Of a stretch of DNA of 64,000 nucleotides, positions 1 to 14,334 are shown piece by piece. Source of the stretch: Nymphaea colorata. Taxonomy: Eukaryota. Below the pieces are notes generated by a model. The model searched no databases. It was not told the DNA's origin and saw only the letters and a program-made list of their open reading frames with translations. How positions within the stretch are numbered: the stretch's first letter is position 1; the number at the start of each line of letters is the position of its first letter. A program made the position numbers and the translations under genes. The stretch covers positions 33,976,001-34,040,000 of the forward strand of contig NC_045138.2 of NCBI RefSeq assembly GCF_008831285.2. Reading direction: 5' to 3'.

Positions 1-3000
1 AAGCAAACGCTTTGGGCTTGGAGCTGTCACACCTTGTACTTCTTTAGTTCGTGGTCCCTGTGGAACCCGCCTTGGAGTCTCACGGACCTCTTTACATGCT
101 TTATCCAACATATACAAAAAGTCCCGGACTATGATGAACAGCCTTAAACCTTCATCTTTTCCAGCATTACCATGAAAATAATCTGTTGTTCCCTTCACCA
201 CTGACAATATCCTTTTTTCCTCAGAATGCAACCATGTAATTTCATTTTCTGCATGCTCTACAAAATGTGTAAGAGTCTGTACAAAGTGCCCATTTTCTTC
301 TATGCGTTGCATCTCTGAGTCCAAAAATTTCTTTGTTTTTAGCAGCATACCACCAAGTTTTGACACTGTACTTGTTAACATGTCAGCATCAATTGCAGCT
401 GCTTTTTTCACATCTTCAAGCTCATTCCCAAGCCCAGATACTACTTGTAAGCCCAAGCTTCGGAAATGATCTTCCGTCTCTAAGGGTGCATTTTCTAAAT
501 TTTCCTCAGAATTCAGGCTAGACATATTCTCACTTCCTCTAGTTGCCCTTGCTGCACGGACACCTTCAGATCGTATAATCTCTTGAACAACAAAGTGCAA
601 CAGAGTTGTTTTCCCATCTGTTCCTTTTACATCAGCCAATTTTAATAATGTGTCAAGTTTGAATGCTTGAGCACCGCCACGGAAGGTCCCATCATTCATG
701 CGGTTTCCAGTTTTTAGAACAGCTTCCAGGAGTTTCCTAAAAAGACGATTGCCTTTGAGTTCTTCACAAGCTGCCTGCAACAAGACACCACAAAGGGCAA
801 GTGTTTAAGAAAAGAAAACGTTTTCTGGATGGATAGCATAAAAGTTAGATCAAATGTTTCTGCATATATATATACATGTTCAATCTTCTCTTCTAGTTTT
901 CCCATTTTCAAAGAAGAAGAAAAATGGTAGCAAAAGCCAAAGTATTATGTAAAGATGCAGTTTTGGTAGTCCTTGTTGATTTAATGACATAGAAAAGCAA
1001 CAGTCGTACAGGTATGAGATACAATTTTGTCTGTTTCCTGAAATAACCTAGAAATGTTTAAGGTTCCACCATTTGACAAAGCACTTACTAGTTTTTTTTT
1101 TTTAATCTTTCAACAATTGAGAAATTTTTAACTTGCAGAACCTGTCTTGGTAGGACATGTTGGAAAAGAAGAGTATGGAAAATGGGAAGAGATGCCAGCA
1201 GCAATGAGTTTGATGGTTATTCCTTGATTGCTGGATGGCATAGGAAAGGGGCAATACAATTTCTAAGGAAGATAGTCAGTTCCATGACTTCCAGTATTCT
1301 GCACATCAGAGCCAAAGGATTGCAATACATGCATCTCTGCTGAATAAATGGGCATACAGCACTGATGAGGCAAGTAGGCAGGCCTCTTTCCACACCTTTA
1401 GAATGTGCTTTTTTTTCAGTATTGTGACTTTTTTGTTTGTATCCTCTTCCAACAGCAGCCATTGATGAGCTCTGGAAGACTGATTTATACGATTGAAAAA
1501 ATGACTTGGACCATGGACCAAGTTCAATATCTTTTGTGGAGGAAGATTTATTCTTCCTACAGCACTTTCGGAGTGGAGATAAACAGTTTCCTGTCTCCAG
1601 CAAAGATTTATCTGCCTGCTCTGCCAACAGATTGTTCTTGCTGCATCCAGGAATTGGTGGTTATGAAGAAAAAAAGCATCATGCCATCAACACAAAACAA
1701 ATACCACTCTAGTGAGATGGTGGCAAATCCTGCTCAACTGGGAAGTGGGATAGAAGTGTCCAGTGGAAGTAGTTGATATCAAATGATCAGCTAATACCAG
1801 AAACAATACTACGGTTGACAGTATGAAGGGCATGATAACGAAAACTATGTTAGAGACATTACTAGGAAATAGTGGGGGTAACAGGGATAGATAGAACTTC
1901 CAGTCTTCCAGCTTCAAGTAAAAGATAAAAAATACTGAGAATTACTAAAGCCCTTTTCCAGTTCAGAGCACACAATTTTTAACATATAACCTTTTAGACA
2001 ACATGACAAGCCTTTCATTAAATATTGAGCAAATAATTCAGACCATCCAACCGCAGCTTGGTTGGTGTGGGAAGATAAATACTGACCTCTAAAGTAATAA
2101 AGGATGCTTTAATGTTAATCATTTCCTCTCCAAGAATACCCATAAAAAACAATGCATCAAGCCGCTTAAAGGCAAAAGGTATGTCCACCAATGCCTGAAG
2201 AAACCGTTCAGCAGGGCCTAGCTGTGATAGTTCCCCAGTATAGGCCCTAAGTTTAGACTCTTCTTCAGAAGTTGGTTCCATCTTCAATAAGGTTTGAATT
2301 AGCTCAACACTGAGTTCATTACCTGAGCAACAGGAACAAAAATTATGCTGACATCAAAATATGCCCAATTCATAGGCTCAGATAACCATACCATTCATAA
2401 TAAGCCAGTATGTGAACTTATGACATATCTGTATCCCTTGAAAACAAAAGACAAATGAATCACATGCCTGTGCTTTTGCTATATGATGCACTCATGCAAC
2501 CAAGAGAAAGTTACGCTACCAAAAACTGAAGAACATAATCCTTTTAGCCTAAACAGCTTTTACTTAGGGGCATACATTGTCACATTATTTGCGAAAACAA
2601 AAAAAACTCTTGCCATCTCCCATTCCTGCATCCCAACCCCACCCCTCAACCCCCAAAGAAAATAAGTGAATCACATCCCTGAGATTTTACTTTTGTGATC
2701 CGAAAAATGTGAATTAAAGACATCAAATTATATGCCTTTCATTTTGCTTCAGAGAACAGCTTCACAAATATGGAAAATTTATGAAAGCAAATCATGTGTC
2801 ACCTGCTCAAGGTCAGGACTTTCTCATGTGATTCACTTGCACAGAATACAAGTAGAAAATTGATAAACCTCTTACCTTCCAAAAGGGCATCAGAGACTTC
2901 TTCAATAGTCACATTTAGAGCTCGTAGAAGAATGGATATGTTCTGTGACTTTTTGGGATCCAGAATCTGGTAATGCTGGGGGGAAGCATCATGGGAGTCT

Positions 3001-5307
3001 CTCTTTGGATCATTCTTTTGATTATTTGCAGAGCTGTACCCAAAGAGACTTTCTATCATTTCTTCACTGAATCTGCACATGCATAAGTAATTGACTTAGA
3101 GATCCTATGTGGCCCAATTTGTATTGGAACTTTAAGATAACACAAATATCCTTACTGGAAAGATCCTTCTTTGATTTGATGCCAGACCATTGAATGACTG
3201 GGGTTGGCTAAAACTTTATCCCAGAAAAATGGCTTCAACTTTGCTTTTGAAGCTTCAGATTCGTCTACTCCACTAGGTTTATTCCCAGAGGGAAGCTGAC
3301 TTGTTTTTGAAGAAGGCATGTTCGGAGGTGGTGGACGAGGTGGAAAAGCACCATTTGGCGGTGGAGGGGGTCGTGGTCCTGATTGTGGTGGAGCAGCAGG
3401 AGGACGAGGAGGTGGGGGTGGTGGGCCAGCAGGAGGACGAGGAGGTGGGGGTGGTGGGCCAGCAGGGGGACGAGGAGGAGCATGAGGAGGGGGTGGTAAA
3501 GCAGCAGAGGACAGAGGAGGTGGTGGTGCAGGAGGGGAATGAGGAGAAGGGAGGTGTGGACCAGGAGGGGGACAAGGAGGAGGAGGAGGAGGGAGGGAAT
3601 GCATGGAAGATTTGCTTGGCTGAGCACTTGGAGGCATGGCTGGCAGAGCAGCTTCCGTTGAAGATGGACCTCCAACTGATGAGAATGAAGATATAATCTT
3701 TCCAGATTCTACAGATGCAGAAATATCTTGAAGAGATATTGACTGTGAATTTTTTTGAGGATGTGGAGAAAATCGCGCCTCACTAGCCAGCTTATGTCTG
3801 CTTGGATTTGGTGTAAATGAATACGTCCCAAAGTTCGACTTGTGTAACCCTGCATATGATGTGTCAGATATTGGGTTATCCCTAATCTGTGACTTCGGTG
3901 ACGAGCCTGAAATTCCATTTTGCAGGAAAAAAATTAATAATAAGCAAAGAGCAAGAATGTCTTTTACAGAAGAAATAGCTGAGTTAGAATCAAGTGCCTT
4001 ACCAACTGAAAATTCTCTCATGCTTAAGGAAAGAAGAGGCCTATCGTCCTTTTGCCAATCTCCTGAGCCCGCCCTATTGGTACAGCATTTTCGGTAACCA
4101 TAAAAAACCAATCCAGCAAAAAGAAAAGTGCAGGCTGCAGTTACAGTAACAGCTACAGCGATAGTCCTTTTCATGTTATCCCTGTTATTAGGCTCTGGAC
4201 TTCCACTTATATTTGTGTTATTTATAGGTGCAATGAACGAAGCAGACTGATCTGGTGGAGCAGAATGGGAATGTTGAGTTGGAGCTTCAGCAGGCACTTG
4301 CTTAACAGGAGCAGGAGCATTTGCAGGTTTTCGCAGGGAAAATGGAGCAGGAGCAGAAGCAGGAGCATTTGCAGCTTTTCGCAGGGAAAATGGAGCAGGA
4401 GCAGGCGCAGGTAGATGATCTAACCCACCAAGAGATACACCCATGTTAAAGTTTGTTTCTTCATCCAGACTTCTCCTCCTCTCTGTATGCCAAACAAGCA
4501 AGGACTCAAGCTGCTGGACATACCAATTGCCAGATATGTCATCTTTCCCTGACACACTATGGGGAAAGGATACCCTCATAAGGCAATTGAGAAGAATATG
4601 CTTCATCTTAGGTGGCAAAGTATTTATGGCCTTCTCCAAATTGGCACTTGATGTTCGACTTATCTCTAGATCTACTGGATCCTGATTGCAAGCAGTCCAC
4701 AGCTGGCTCACCTAAAATTCAAATATTATTAAAGTCAACCTAAACTTCATCATAGCATCATAAGCCTGGACAATGCATGGGGTTATAGAATGTAGACAAT
4801 GCATTAAACAAAATCTAATTTCTTTTATGCATAAAAGACCTTATCATATATCATTTTCATTCAGATATATAAAGATATCCCATCTGCTTTCTAACATATG
4901 ATATCATAACCATTACAACTGTTTAAGATCATAACTGTCGTGTTATTTTCAGCTTTCAAAAGTTGTTTATAATCTGTGAAAGTATTTTCCCACCTCACTT
5001 TTTATGTTAAAGACAACGAGCCAACATAATTTAGCTATAAAAGGAAAAAAAAAGTTGTGTATTCTGAAAAAGACAAATCCATGTGGTAGTATTCAAAAAC
5101 AGAAGTCATATAGCAGATCAGAAACAACAGTACCATGCCATATTCGATCTGTGTGAAATCCGGCAATGAATGGCCACCTATCAGCGTAGAGAACTCCTCA
5201 GTTGTCTGTCTTGCAAGTGCTCCTTCGATGCTTAATAAAATTACAAAAGCCAAAACAAGACATACTTTGGAGGTGCTGTGACATACTTTGGAAGTGCTGT
5301 GCTCCAT
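1..5307 (-). CDS. Class I formin (FH5-like): signal peptide, TM helix, Pro-rich FH1, FH2. 3'-partial. Exons approx. 5307-5134, 4711-4003, 3906-3156, 3072-2876, 2322-2087, 774-<1
   Basis: Signal-peptide-like N-terminus (CLVLAFVILLSIEGALA), TM segment (IAVAVTVTAACTFLFAGLVFY), poly-Pro FH1 at 3340-3600, FH2 motifs KLKPFFWDKV, ILDPKKSQNISILLRAL, LLEAVLKTGNRMNDGTFRGGAQAFKLDTLLKLADVKGTDGKTTLLHFVVQEIIRSEG. GT-AG junctions keep the frame. Confidence 0.95.
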
Positions 5308-7130
5308 CTGTACATGAAACAATAATTAGATAATATTGACCATTGTTGGCCCAAAGAGGTCAGAACAACAGCATAGAACAGATATATTATCTCAGCTTGC
5401 AGGAAAAACTTCCACTGGCAGCTCTGTCACCAGAACCTCCAATTCACTGTCATGTTGTTTCCTTGTACTTTATTCTTTTTGAAAAAGCACACAAAATTGT
5501 CTGTCCTTTAGCAGTGATCCATTACCCACATAACGGCAGTAAGATATTTAAAACTTAAAGGATCAAGATGAAGGAGAGGAAACACTTAGGAGCCATGTTT
5601 GCTGAAGTCAGAAGAGGTGCAAGAACATATTTCTAAGCATGAAACAGGAAGCATGTCATAAAGAAATGTTTGGCCACATAAAGCAACAGAAACATAGTAA
5701 CAATTTGCACAAAGGCTGTGGCCTTTAGTTAAGACTAGCTTTAAATATTTTTACAATAAAATTCATTCTGTGCTCTGTTAAAACGGCATAAGCATGAAAA
5801 ACAATGTGGTTTTTATTACAAGAACGCTCAAAATTATCAAAAGAGTTCGTTTTGCATCATATGCATAAAGCTTCACTTTTTTAGAAAGTGGATTCCTCAT
5901 AAAGTTATGGAAATATGAAGAATAGATGCACATTGCACTTCTCAAGGGATCTCCTTGGAAAGCAAGCATTCAAGTATTCAAGAGGCTTGCGCTAACTATA
6001 GTTAAGGACTTTGGTCTGAATGAAAATGAAGGCATCTCCAGGAATAGAAACAGTACTTGTATCAGTTTCTAAGAGAATTAGACAATTCAACAAACTAGTG
6101 ATGAATTACTATGCAGATATCTAAAGATTAATACAGTTCAGAAGTGCAAAGAAGACATCGATTTGGCATGAGTTGTCAGAATATTAAACAGTCATATTGT
6201 ACGTGCCACAAGACAACAATCATGCCACTTATATTCAAATCATCCGGATAATCGTGAATTGGTTGTAACTAGTTTTCCTCATTTATATAAATATTTTCTT
6301 ATATTTAGTTTATGTTTATAAATTATAATCCTTTCTATCTGTCGTTTCTGTTTTTACTTGAAAACAGGCTCTTCCTTCTCTCAGTTTATTCATTTTCAGC
6401 ATTCTTTCCTACATGGGCGATTTTCCCGATATTAAACCTAAAGCGTGCGAAATGATCTATCATTATCTATTTATTTAGTTCTCAGCCTAGACGCAATAAA
6501 CTAGTGCGAGAAGCACCAACGCCGCGAGGACAAATAACATAAATGAAACCCCTCAAAAAACGTACTCGGGAAAGGTAATTGAACCACAGGAAAACTGCGA
6601 AAGCTTCCAAAATCTAAATTCAAACAAGCACGACCTCTTAGCGAATAAAACAGAGCCAGTAAATCAACCTTATGAAAGAAATACGAAAGAGCGGAACCGT
6701 CGTAACCGCTGACCGTCAATCACAAGACGTCACTGGGAAGCACAAATTATGCTTCCTTCATGGAATCTGAAGAAAAATAGAGATCTGGGACTGGTAAGAA
6801 AAGCCGAACAGCTTAGGCCAGCCATTGATAGAGCTAAAGGAGGTCAACATTGTGGCGAACCGAAAACAGCAACAAGGGTGTAGTAAGCGGATCGTGAAGC
6901 GTTCTAATAAGAGAAGGGAAACAAACCCAAACTAACTCAAAAGGAAAAAAACAATATATTTCAGATCACGAGAAAGCGGCTTCGAGAAAACCTTCAAATA
7001 TCTTCCTAAAGATGGTTAACAAGCTCGAAAAAGAAGTCAGAATAGACAAGCAAGATTACGGGAGAATATCGATGGCGATCCTGGACCTCCAAAGACGGAG
7101 CTAAATACCAAATTCAAAGTCACTACTTAC

Positions 7131-7450
7131 CATGTCAAGAAGGAGATCACGAAATACAGGACAATCAAGTCCCTTTCCCAGCTCCAGACACAATTAAGTC
7201 CCACACTTGCGCTTTTCGACCCTTCTGCTTCGACGGCGAGCCCTCGAGGAGGGAGGGACGGAGGGAGGGAGAGAACATGGAGAAAATGATCAGCAGGAAC
7301 CGCCGACCATACTGCAGGAGGCGGCGGAGGAGGACGAGAAAGAAGGAGGAGGAGGAAAGGGAGGCGCCGACGATGGCCTCCATCGTAAGAATGCTTCGGT
7401 AGGAAACCGGGGAGAAGCTTTCGCGGTTACGCGTGGGGACTGTGCACAGG
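7131..7450 (-). other. Probable first (leader) exon and GC-rich 5' region of the formin gene, ending in ATG|gtaagt
   Basis: Strong donor ATG|GTAAGT at 7131/7130. Acceptor ctaat...tttcatgtacag directly before ATG 5307. GC/CT-rich sequence typical of plant 5' leaders. The 5' boundary is a guess. Confidence 0.6.
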
Positions 7451-10400
7451 TCCTCTGCGCGGGACCCACTGCCCGCCCTCTGCCCCTCGAAGTAGGCCGG
7501 GAGTCGTAACGCGTTCGGCATGAAAGTTTCGCCCGTCACACGAAATTTAGAAATTTCCAGAATTAATATGAAAAGATTGGTTCTTCTTTTCATGCCAGCT
7601 TGAACAATAAAATATCGGCACATGAAAGTAAAGCATGAGGACTATGCAATATAGAAAACTTTGGGAACCCGTTAATTGCCAAAACCGTCTTGCTTCAGTA
7701 AAAGAATTAATTATAAACAGTTGACCAATTACCATGTTCGGGTCAATAGCGCGCGTATTGTCTTCGAAGTCGTAGTCTAAACTAGGCCGCAAAAAATTTG
7801 GTCCATGACAATTTGGAGTTGCGTACAGCTTTAAAATATTTATTTCGAATGATATCCCTCGGTTTTTGAACTTGAACAAAGTGTTTCTTTAATACGGAGG
7901 AGGATAAAATCCAACTCTTGGGAGGTATTGGCACTATGCCTATTAATACAATCTTCCATGAGTCTATCACAAACATTATAGCAGAATCGAGTTAAGCAAT
8001 GATAACTTCTGATTGAAAAATTGAACGGCCTTTGCAATAAATTGATATCAAGTTAAGGGGTTTTGCTTTTTTGATATTCTTTGGGAAGGATGCTGCCATG
8101 TCTTTCCTCCTGAGGTCGACAACAACGAGGGGCCAGCACCGTGAGCCAAATAAATTTAAGCTGCATTATTTTCATTTGCATTAAATAGCCAATCCGACTC
8201 TCATTTTTTAAATTGGTGGTTCTTGTTATATGGGAGTATACTTAATAATGACGGGTGGTACTACTTCTTTTCACCAAATCTTAGCATGCTGATACGATTC
8301 TCTGTAGAGAATTGCACATTTTAACTCCTTCAAATCATCCGATTCTAAAGAAAATTGGGGGTCCGCTGGTTCTAAATAACAGTAAGGTTGGCTTGAGAGA
8401 GAGAGTTGAAAATGAACTTAATTAAAGGAAGCCAATGTACAAAGATACCATACGCTCCCAACGAGAGTTGAGAGGGAAATCACAAAGTTTAAGGCACAAA
8501 TAAAATGGTAACAGTGGAAGGTGGCAACAATTTCGTTAAATCCTGACGATGGCTATCTCATATGATGAGATAAACCTCAGTTCGTGGCCATGGATGCAAG
8601 GGCTGCATGACTGTCATCGAGTCATGGCCGCTAGTTTGAATTCAACGTTTTACCATAAGCCATTACGATAAGATTCAAAACAGTCTTTGAAACACATTCA
8701 GATATATTTTTCGTGCACGTAAGAAGTACAGATTTCTGTGCTCAGATCAATTCATTTGCAAATTTTGCATCCTAACCTTTATTTCCATCCTCTTTGGATG
8801 AGGAAGGATCCAATCATGTGGAATGCATTTAAATTTTAAAACCATGAACAAAAGATACAGCGCATGCGGTAAAACTTACGACGTGAGACCTTGACTTGTC
8901 ACGTACCTATCATGCATGTCCACCAAAGGGAACGGGTCAGCTACAGCGGAAATGGCAAAGCAAGAGTAGAAATGGAAGACGATTGGAAGTCGAATTTACA
9001 AAATTTTACAGACATCAATGGATCTATTTCCTGATGTACGAAGCATGAGGGAGAAACACTCTTGCACAGATGAAATATTTCCAAACGCGGAAAAATGTTT
9101 CAGCTCTCCACGGTGGATTTAGGTTGAAATTTACCGTCTCACCTCGAGGCGCTGAAAAAGATAGGTTTGGTTGATAATATATAATATATTTTTCATAATC
9201 TTTTATCATTTTCATGAAAATTAATAAAGAAGGGAAAAGATGCAGAATTTGGACCATGTACTTCACTACACTTTTTTTCTTGATATTATCGTAACCCAAC
9301 ATTTTTCTGTCATCTATTGGAAATGTTTTACGTTAATTTTTAAAAATATGTGACGACATATTTTTCCTCTTGTAACAAAATGTTTTATTTTATGAAAGAA
9401 CTTCTCAGTGAAAATTTTCAGGAAAGGGGAGAGAGAGAGAGAGAGAGCTCGTCTAACGACCCTTCAAATACGCAGATAAGATGAGGTTAATTTATGACAA
9501 CTCTTTTTCTCCTCAAGAAAACGTCATTTCTGTAATTGGGCAACCTGTATTTGCCATTATCTGACATGATACTTTCGCTCTTTGAGAAGAAGAAGGTCAA
9601 ACAGTTATCCAAAATCTTCTTGACACCAAAAATCTTAGATTTTGCAATGTGTTTTATAATTTTTGTAAAATATAACTTTATCATTTCAATATAGCTTCGT
9701 TTCAGTTTCTGGAAAATATACCTTCCTGATATTCCTTTCTCTTTCAGTAAATTAACAGAATCACTAACGCTTCAGGACTTCCCCTTATCAGCTGAGAGGT
9801 GCTGCGACTGCGGTGGAATAAAGTTCCTAGCTATTATATGCATCAGTACCACCACTCTTGGTTGAGCTTCAAAGGAGGAGTTGTCCAGCGGTCCTACAAT
9901 GCAGAGTATATAGGCACATCCAAGGATTTTTCTTTTTTGCATTTTCATAGAAAGCAACTACAAGGGCATCGGTCTGGCAGAAACGTGCCATGGCTGCTAG
10001 GCAGGGACCCATAGTTCAACTCCAATTGGTGTCAGCTACTTATCAAGGCCAAAGCTTTGAAATACCTCCTGAGATTAGCAGAGGCCTTCGGTTATACTAG
10101 TGCTCCCATGGAAGTTCAGGCGTGTGCTTTTCCTTCGATTCAGTTGAGAAGGGGACGAAAGAGAGGAAACGTATAAAAAGGCATCAACAGGACATACATT
10201 TCACTGTTCATAGTAGAATTTAACCAACAGGACACCATATCTTGGTTCACGCAGTTGTGAAATAAAGGAACTTCTCTGCTTTTTTTTATTCACCACAGAG
10301 AGAAAATGTTGACCGTAAATTCTACAGATATAGAGAGTCTGAACCATTATTTTTCTGATAAACTCACTAGATCATTTAAGCAATAAAAATTACAGCAAAC

Positions 10401-10513
10401 TAGACAGCTACTCCAGAGATGGATAAATTGGAAAGAAAAGACTGCTATAGTGGAATTTGTAGCACTCCAATGAAAGAAAGATTTCGCAGATGATAACTGA
10501 TTTCTGGTGAGAC

Positions 10514-11000
10514 TTAGTTCTTCACAGTTGTGACATACCTCAGAAGCATGTCAACCACATCAAGTGAGATCTTTGAGGCCTCCTCTTTCAGGTACTGAAT
10601 CTTGCATTCAGTTTCTTGTTCAAGGCGCTTGACATTAGCTCCAGAGTCACCAGTACTCTGTGTGTGTATGTGAGAGAGAGAGAGTTATAATGGAATCAAA
10701 CTATTGGAACATGCAGTATACTGAACATCTACCTCTGCAATTTTCTTTTGGAATTCAGCGTCCATGTGAGCACGGTATTGAGCAATTTCCCTATCAGCTT
10801 CTTCTTTTGCTTGTTTCAATCTGGTCATTTTAGCTGCAAGGCAGAGGAAAATCAATGATGCTATCCAGGAAACTTCATCAACAAAGCAGACAAAAGAATG
10901 ATGCCAACTTACCGGTCCTAGCAGCATTAACAATGTGCTGAGCCTCTTGCTCTGCAGCAAGCAAGAGCTGAATACCTCCTTGACCTCTGTTGGCATCCAT
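10514..11000 (-). CDS. VHA-G: V-type H+-ATPase subunit G (110 aa). Exons 11000-10913, 10833-10733, 10657-10514
   Basis: Spliced translation [79 protein letters not shown]...[14 protein letters not shown]. Canonical GT-AG introns in frame. Confidence 0.96.
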
Positions 11001-14000
11001 GTTGCTGAAAAGACGGTTCCACAGGCCTCAGTTTCTAAAATGAAGGGCTTTGCTCACATGACGCATGGAACAAAGGTAAACACAAGCAAATATGGATGCC
11101 ATGCATCATGTGCTAAACTTGGATAATGAGGCAATCATTGATTGGAATGATGTTTGGATAATGAGGCAAGCCTTCCTTGAGTAAGAACGTGCTAAAATTA
11201 ATCTCACTTTTTCATATAAACAAAGCCCAGCCTAACAAGGATTCCTGCTTGTTCATTATCAAGCAACACCAAGCTAAGTTTGGGCAAGCATACAAGGAAA
11301 CATTCAACACTTATATATAGTTTTAACTCATGGAGACGACATGAAGTAGTCATATGCCTGCTGCTCTAATAAGACTGGTGGCAGCCACTATCTCAGTTTT
11401 TAGAAAAAGTGCCAATGAAAACAAGACCATTATTTACCAAACTTTACTCCAGCCTAGTCAAGTGGAGCTTAATCAAGCTTGGCTAAGCTGGGTAAACAAG
11501 CTATCCTCTCATCTTTTAAGTCATTGAGGCAAGCTCTCCTTTCGCCTAAAAGTGAAAATTTTTATTCACCATTATCTGTAGTGTCAGTTAGTTGTTTCAG
11601 GGCAAAAATTCCCACATCAAGTGCACTGCCCATGCCAGACATGGCATCCAGCTCTTGAATGAATATATTGACTGTCTCTGCTAATGTTAAGTACTGAAGA
11701 GGGATACTAGTCTAACCACCGAAATTGGAAAGAATAGGAAACATGCTTCAAATGAACTTACAAAGGAAAGAGAAAAATTCCAATGGTAACAAAATGCACA
11801 TTTATTAAGTCCTTACGGAATCATTTATTTCCATATCCTGATATTCTGAGAACTTGGCACCTATCCTTTCAATTAGACCAATATTTGGATGTGAAAACTT
11901 ACATCGTTTTCATGAGCAAAGTGCACATCAAAGACTTGACACTAAGAAATGTCTTTCTGATGGCACATAAGGCACAGCAGTCAGTCAGATATTAGTTCCT
12001 AATACTAACATGACTAGATCAAATGCTCAAAGCATAATAGTAAGTGTTCTTGCCCATATAAATCTGGTGTTCTCTAAGGTTGTAACTTGTATCTTAAGGT
12101 CTACAACTTCCACTTTGATTTATATAATCTATCAAGCTATTGAAAAGTTGATCCCACATATAATCACATCTTGGTTGGCTTTGAGAACAATACTTGCTTT
12201 AGTTTCTGTGAACAAACATTTTCACATCACATATACTCTCTCAAGCCTCTCTTTGTTTCTATCGGCCTCATGAGGATTTTTTATTGTTGGTTTGCTGTTG
12301 CTGCAAACTTCTTCACATGCCTAATAACCCTAATACTCCTTATACTAGTAGTATGTCATTTGAGGGTTGGACACCTACAGCGTACAAAAGACCCTTTTGT
12401 AGCAAAAATTTCCATAATTTAAATCATTGAGCCTATTAAATTCGGTTGGTCTAGAAGGTCATCCACCTCTTCAAGATGGTACATGAGTATCTTATAAACA
12501 TCCATAATACTTTTCATGACAACTTCTTGCGGAACGATAATCCTTGTATCCTTGATATCCTTCTCTCCATTACATGTTACTGCCACTATTACCAGGAAAT
12601 TCTTAAGTCTTAAACGACAAGCAACTCATTCTTCTTTCCTTTTCTGATGTGCCCTTGCTCGATATCAGATGGAACTAACCCCTGCTTGATAGCAAGTTAA
12701 CAGCAACCAACTCATTTTGAAAACATTTTATTGCCAAAAACAAACCAAAAGCTAGAGGAAGTTACACAAAGTACCATAGCTAAAGAAAACCAAACTTGGA
12801 AAGAAAATTGCATGGTAAAAAAGAAAAACTGATAAGAAGATAATATTATTATGTATACTCCATGATGGGGAAAAGAGGAAAGGGTAGCTTTTAGCCCTAG
12901 ACACGCAAGAAAAAACACATATTATACAAGGTGATAAAGGACACATGTGTGTACATGTGAGGGGAGAGAGAGAGAGAGGTGCAACACTGGGACTGAACAG
13001 TGTCCACTCGATCCCTATCATACAGCATCGATGCCAGTTTCACATGGATGCTAACATGAAAGTGGACAGAGCACACCTAAGTTAGACAACCACAAGAATT
13101 TCGTGGCATAGATATATGTATAGTTTTCCTTCTGGTCTAACATTTAGGTTCAGAATCATTCAAAAACCAACAGTTATCATGATGTATGCAAATTACGACA
13201 ATGATATCATGAGAAATAAAAATTCGACACGTGATAACATACACGTCCAACATATGTGCACGACACAGTAGATTATTTCTGAAGACCTGATCGAGCTAAA
13301 TGTCCACTAATATATGACATGTAATTTTTATATGCAGAATTTAAAGCTTTGGAGCTGGTTGAACCACTAAAAAACAAATATTGGCTTTTCCAACAAACTC
13401 CAATCACCCAAACAAAAAAAAAAAAACATAACGTCAGGTTCGCCAGAGATTCAAATGACATAGAAAAACGCTAGCCTTCTTTGTCAAATGACAACCACAA
13501 TGACATTAATCGAGCAGGCAACGAACCTCAAAAACTTCATCGAAGCGAAGCCATCATTCAATGTCCAAGATATATGCCCAAAAAGAGAACTTCTCACTTC
13601 TCCTAGATCCAACAATCCATGCATGTACCCTACCGAAGATCAACATGGATCCACAATACAGCTCAACCAAAACGAGAAAATATTTTTTCAGAACAGATGA
13701 ACAAAATTGAACTTCTTGTCTTGCTTCTGAACATGAAACCAGAATTGACCATGCAATTCAAGAGCATATGCAATCAAAACTTCAACTTTTATGGCAAAAT
13801 CTATGCCAGACAACAAGAAGAAACAAGCCACTTCCTCCCAAAAAACCAAGAACTAGGGTTAGATCCTGCGGACTACATTATGTTGCTGCAGAGATATCGA
13901 GCAAGCATGCCGTTTACCCAAAATCTAGCCAGTAAAAAGGCCATAAAAGAAACAGAAAGTTACCAAAGTGACCTCTTTCAACATGTCTATATGTCAAAAG

Positions 14001-14334
14001 CAAAGTTGGATCATCACAGGTTGAAAATCACAGAAACGAAACCTTGAGCTCAACTTGATCCAGACTAGTTCATTACAGGTAAAGAACAGATAAACTTAAA
14101 CACAGCTCCTGGGAACACTAATGTTCCAACAAATAGAAGATGCAAATGCACCCCGAATCCCATCCAGATTCGGCGCAAAAACGACCACCAACGAGAACAA
14201 TTCATAACTTGGTACTTTTTTATTAACCGTGTTTGGGGACCCAAAAAGAACTGAAAGACCAGGAAGGAGAAGAATAAATGCGGACGAAGATTAAACGTCC
14301 GAAAACAAAATGGTGTCGGGGAAAAAGCACCAAC

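Noticed and set aside
3265..3696. Alternative-frame ORFs rich in Leu/His, Ser/Thr or Glu/Gly
   Set aside because: Shadow frames of the formin poly-proline FH1 region.
9427..9448. (GA)n and other microsatellites (also ~10660-10685, 14607-14640, 50385-50412), plus short 20-35 bp tandem duplications (17931-17985, 20037-20074, 22842-22881, 30737-30810)
   Set aside because: Ordinary slippage-derived repeats with no further signal.
13488..14047. 70-aa and 142-aa plus-strand ORFs
   Set aside because: Antisense within the probable VHA-G 5'UTR intron; no domain recognised.
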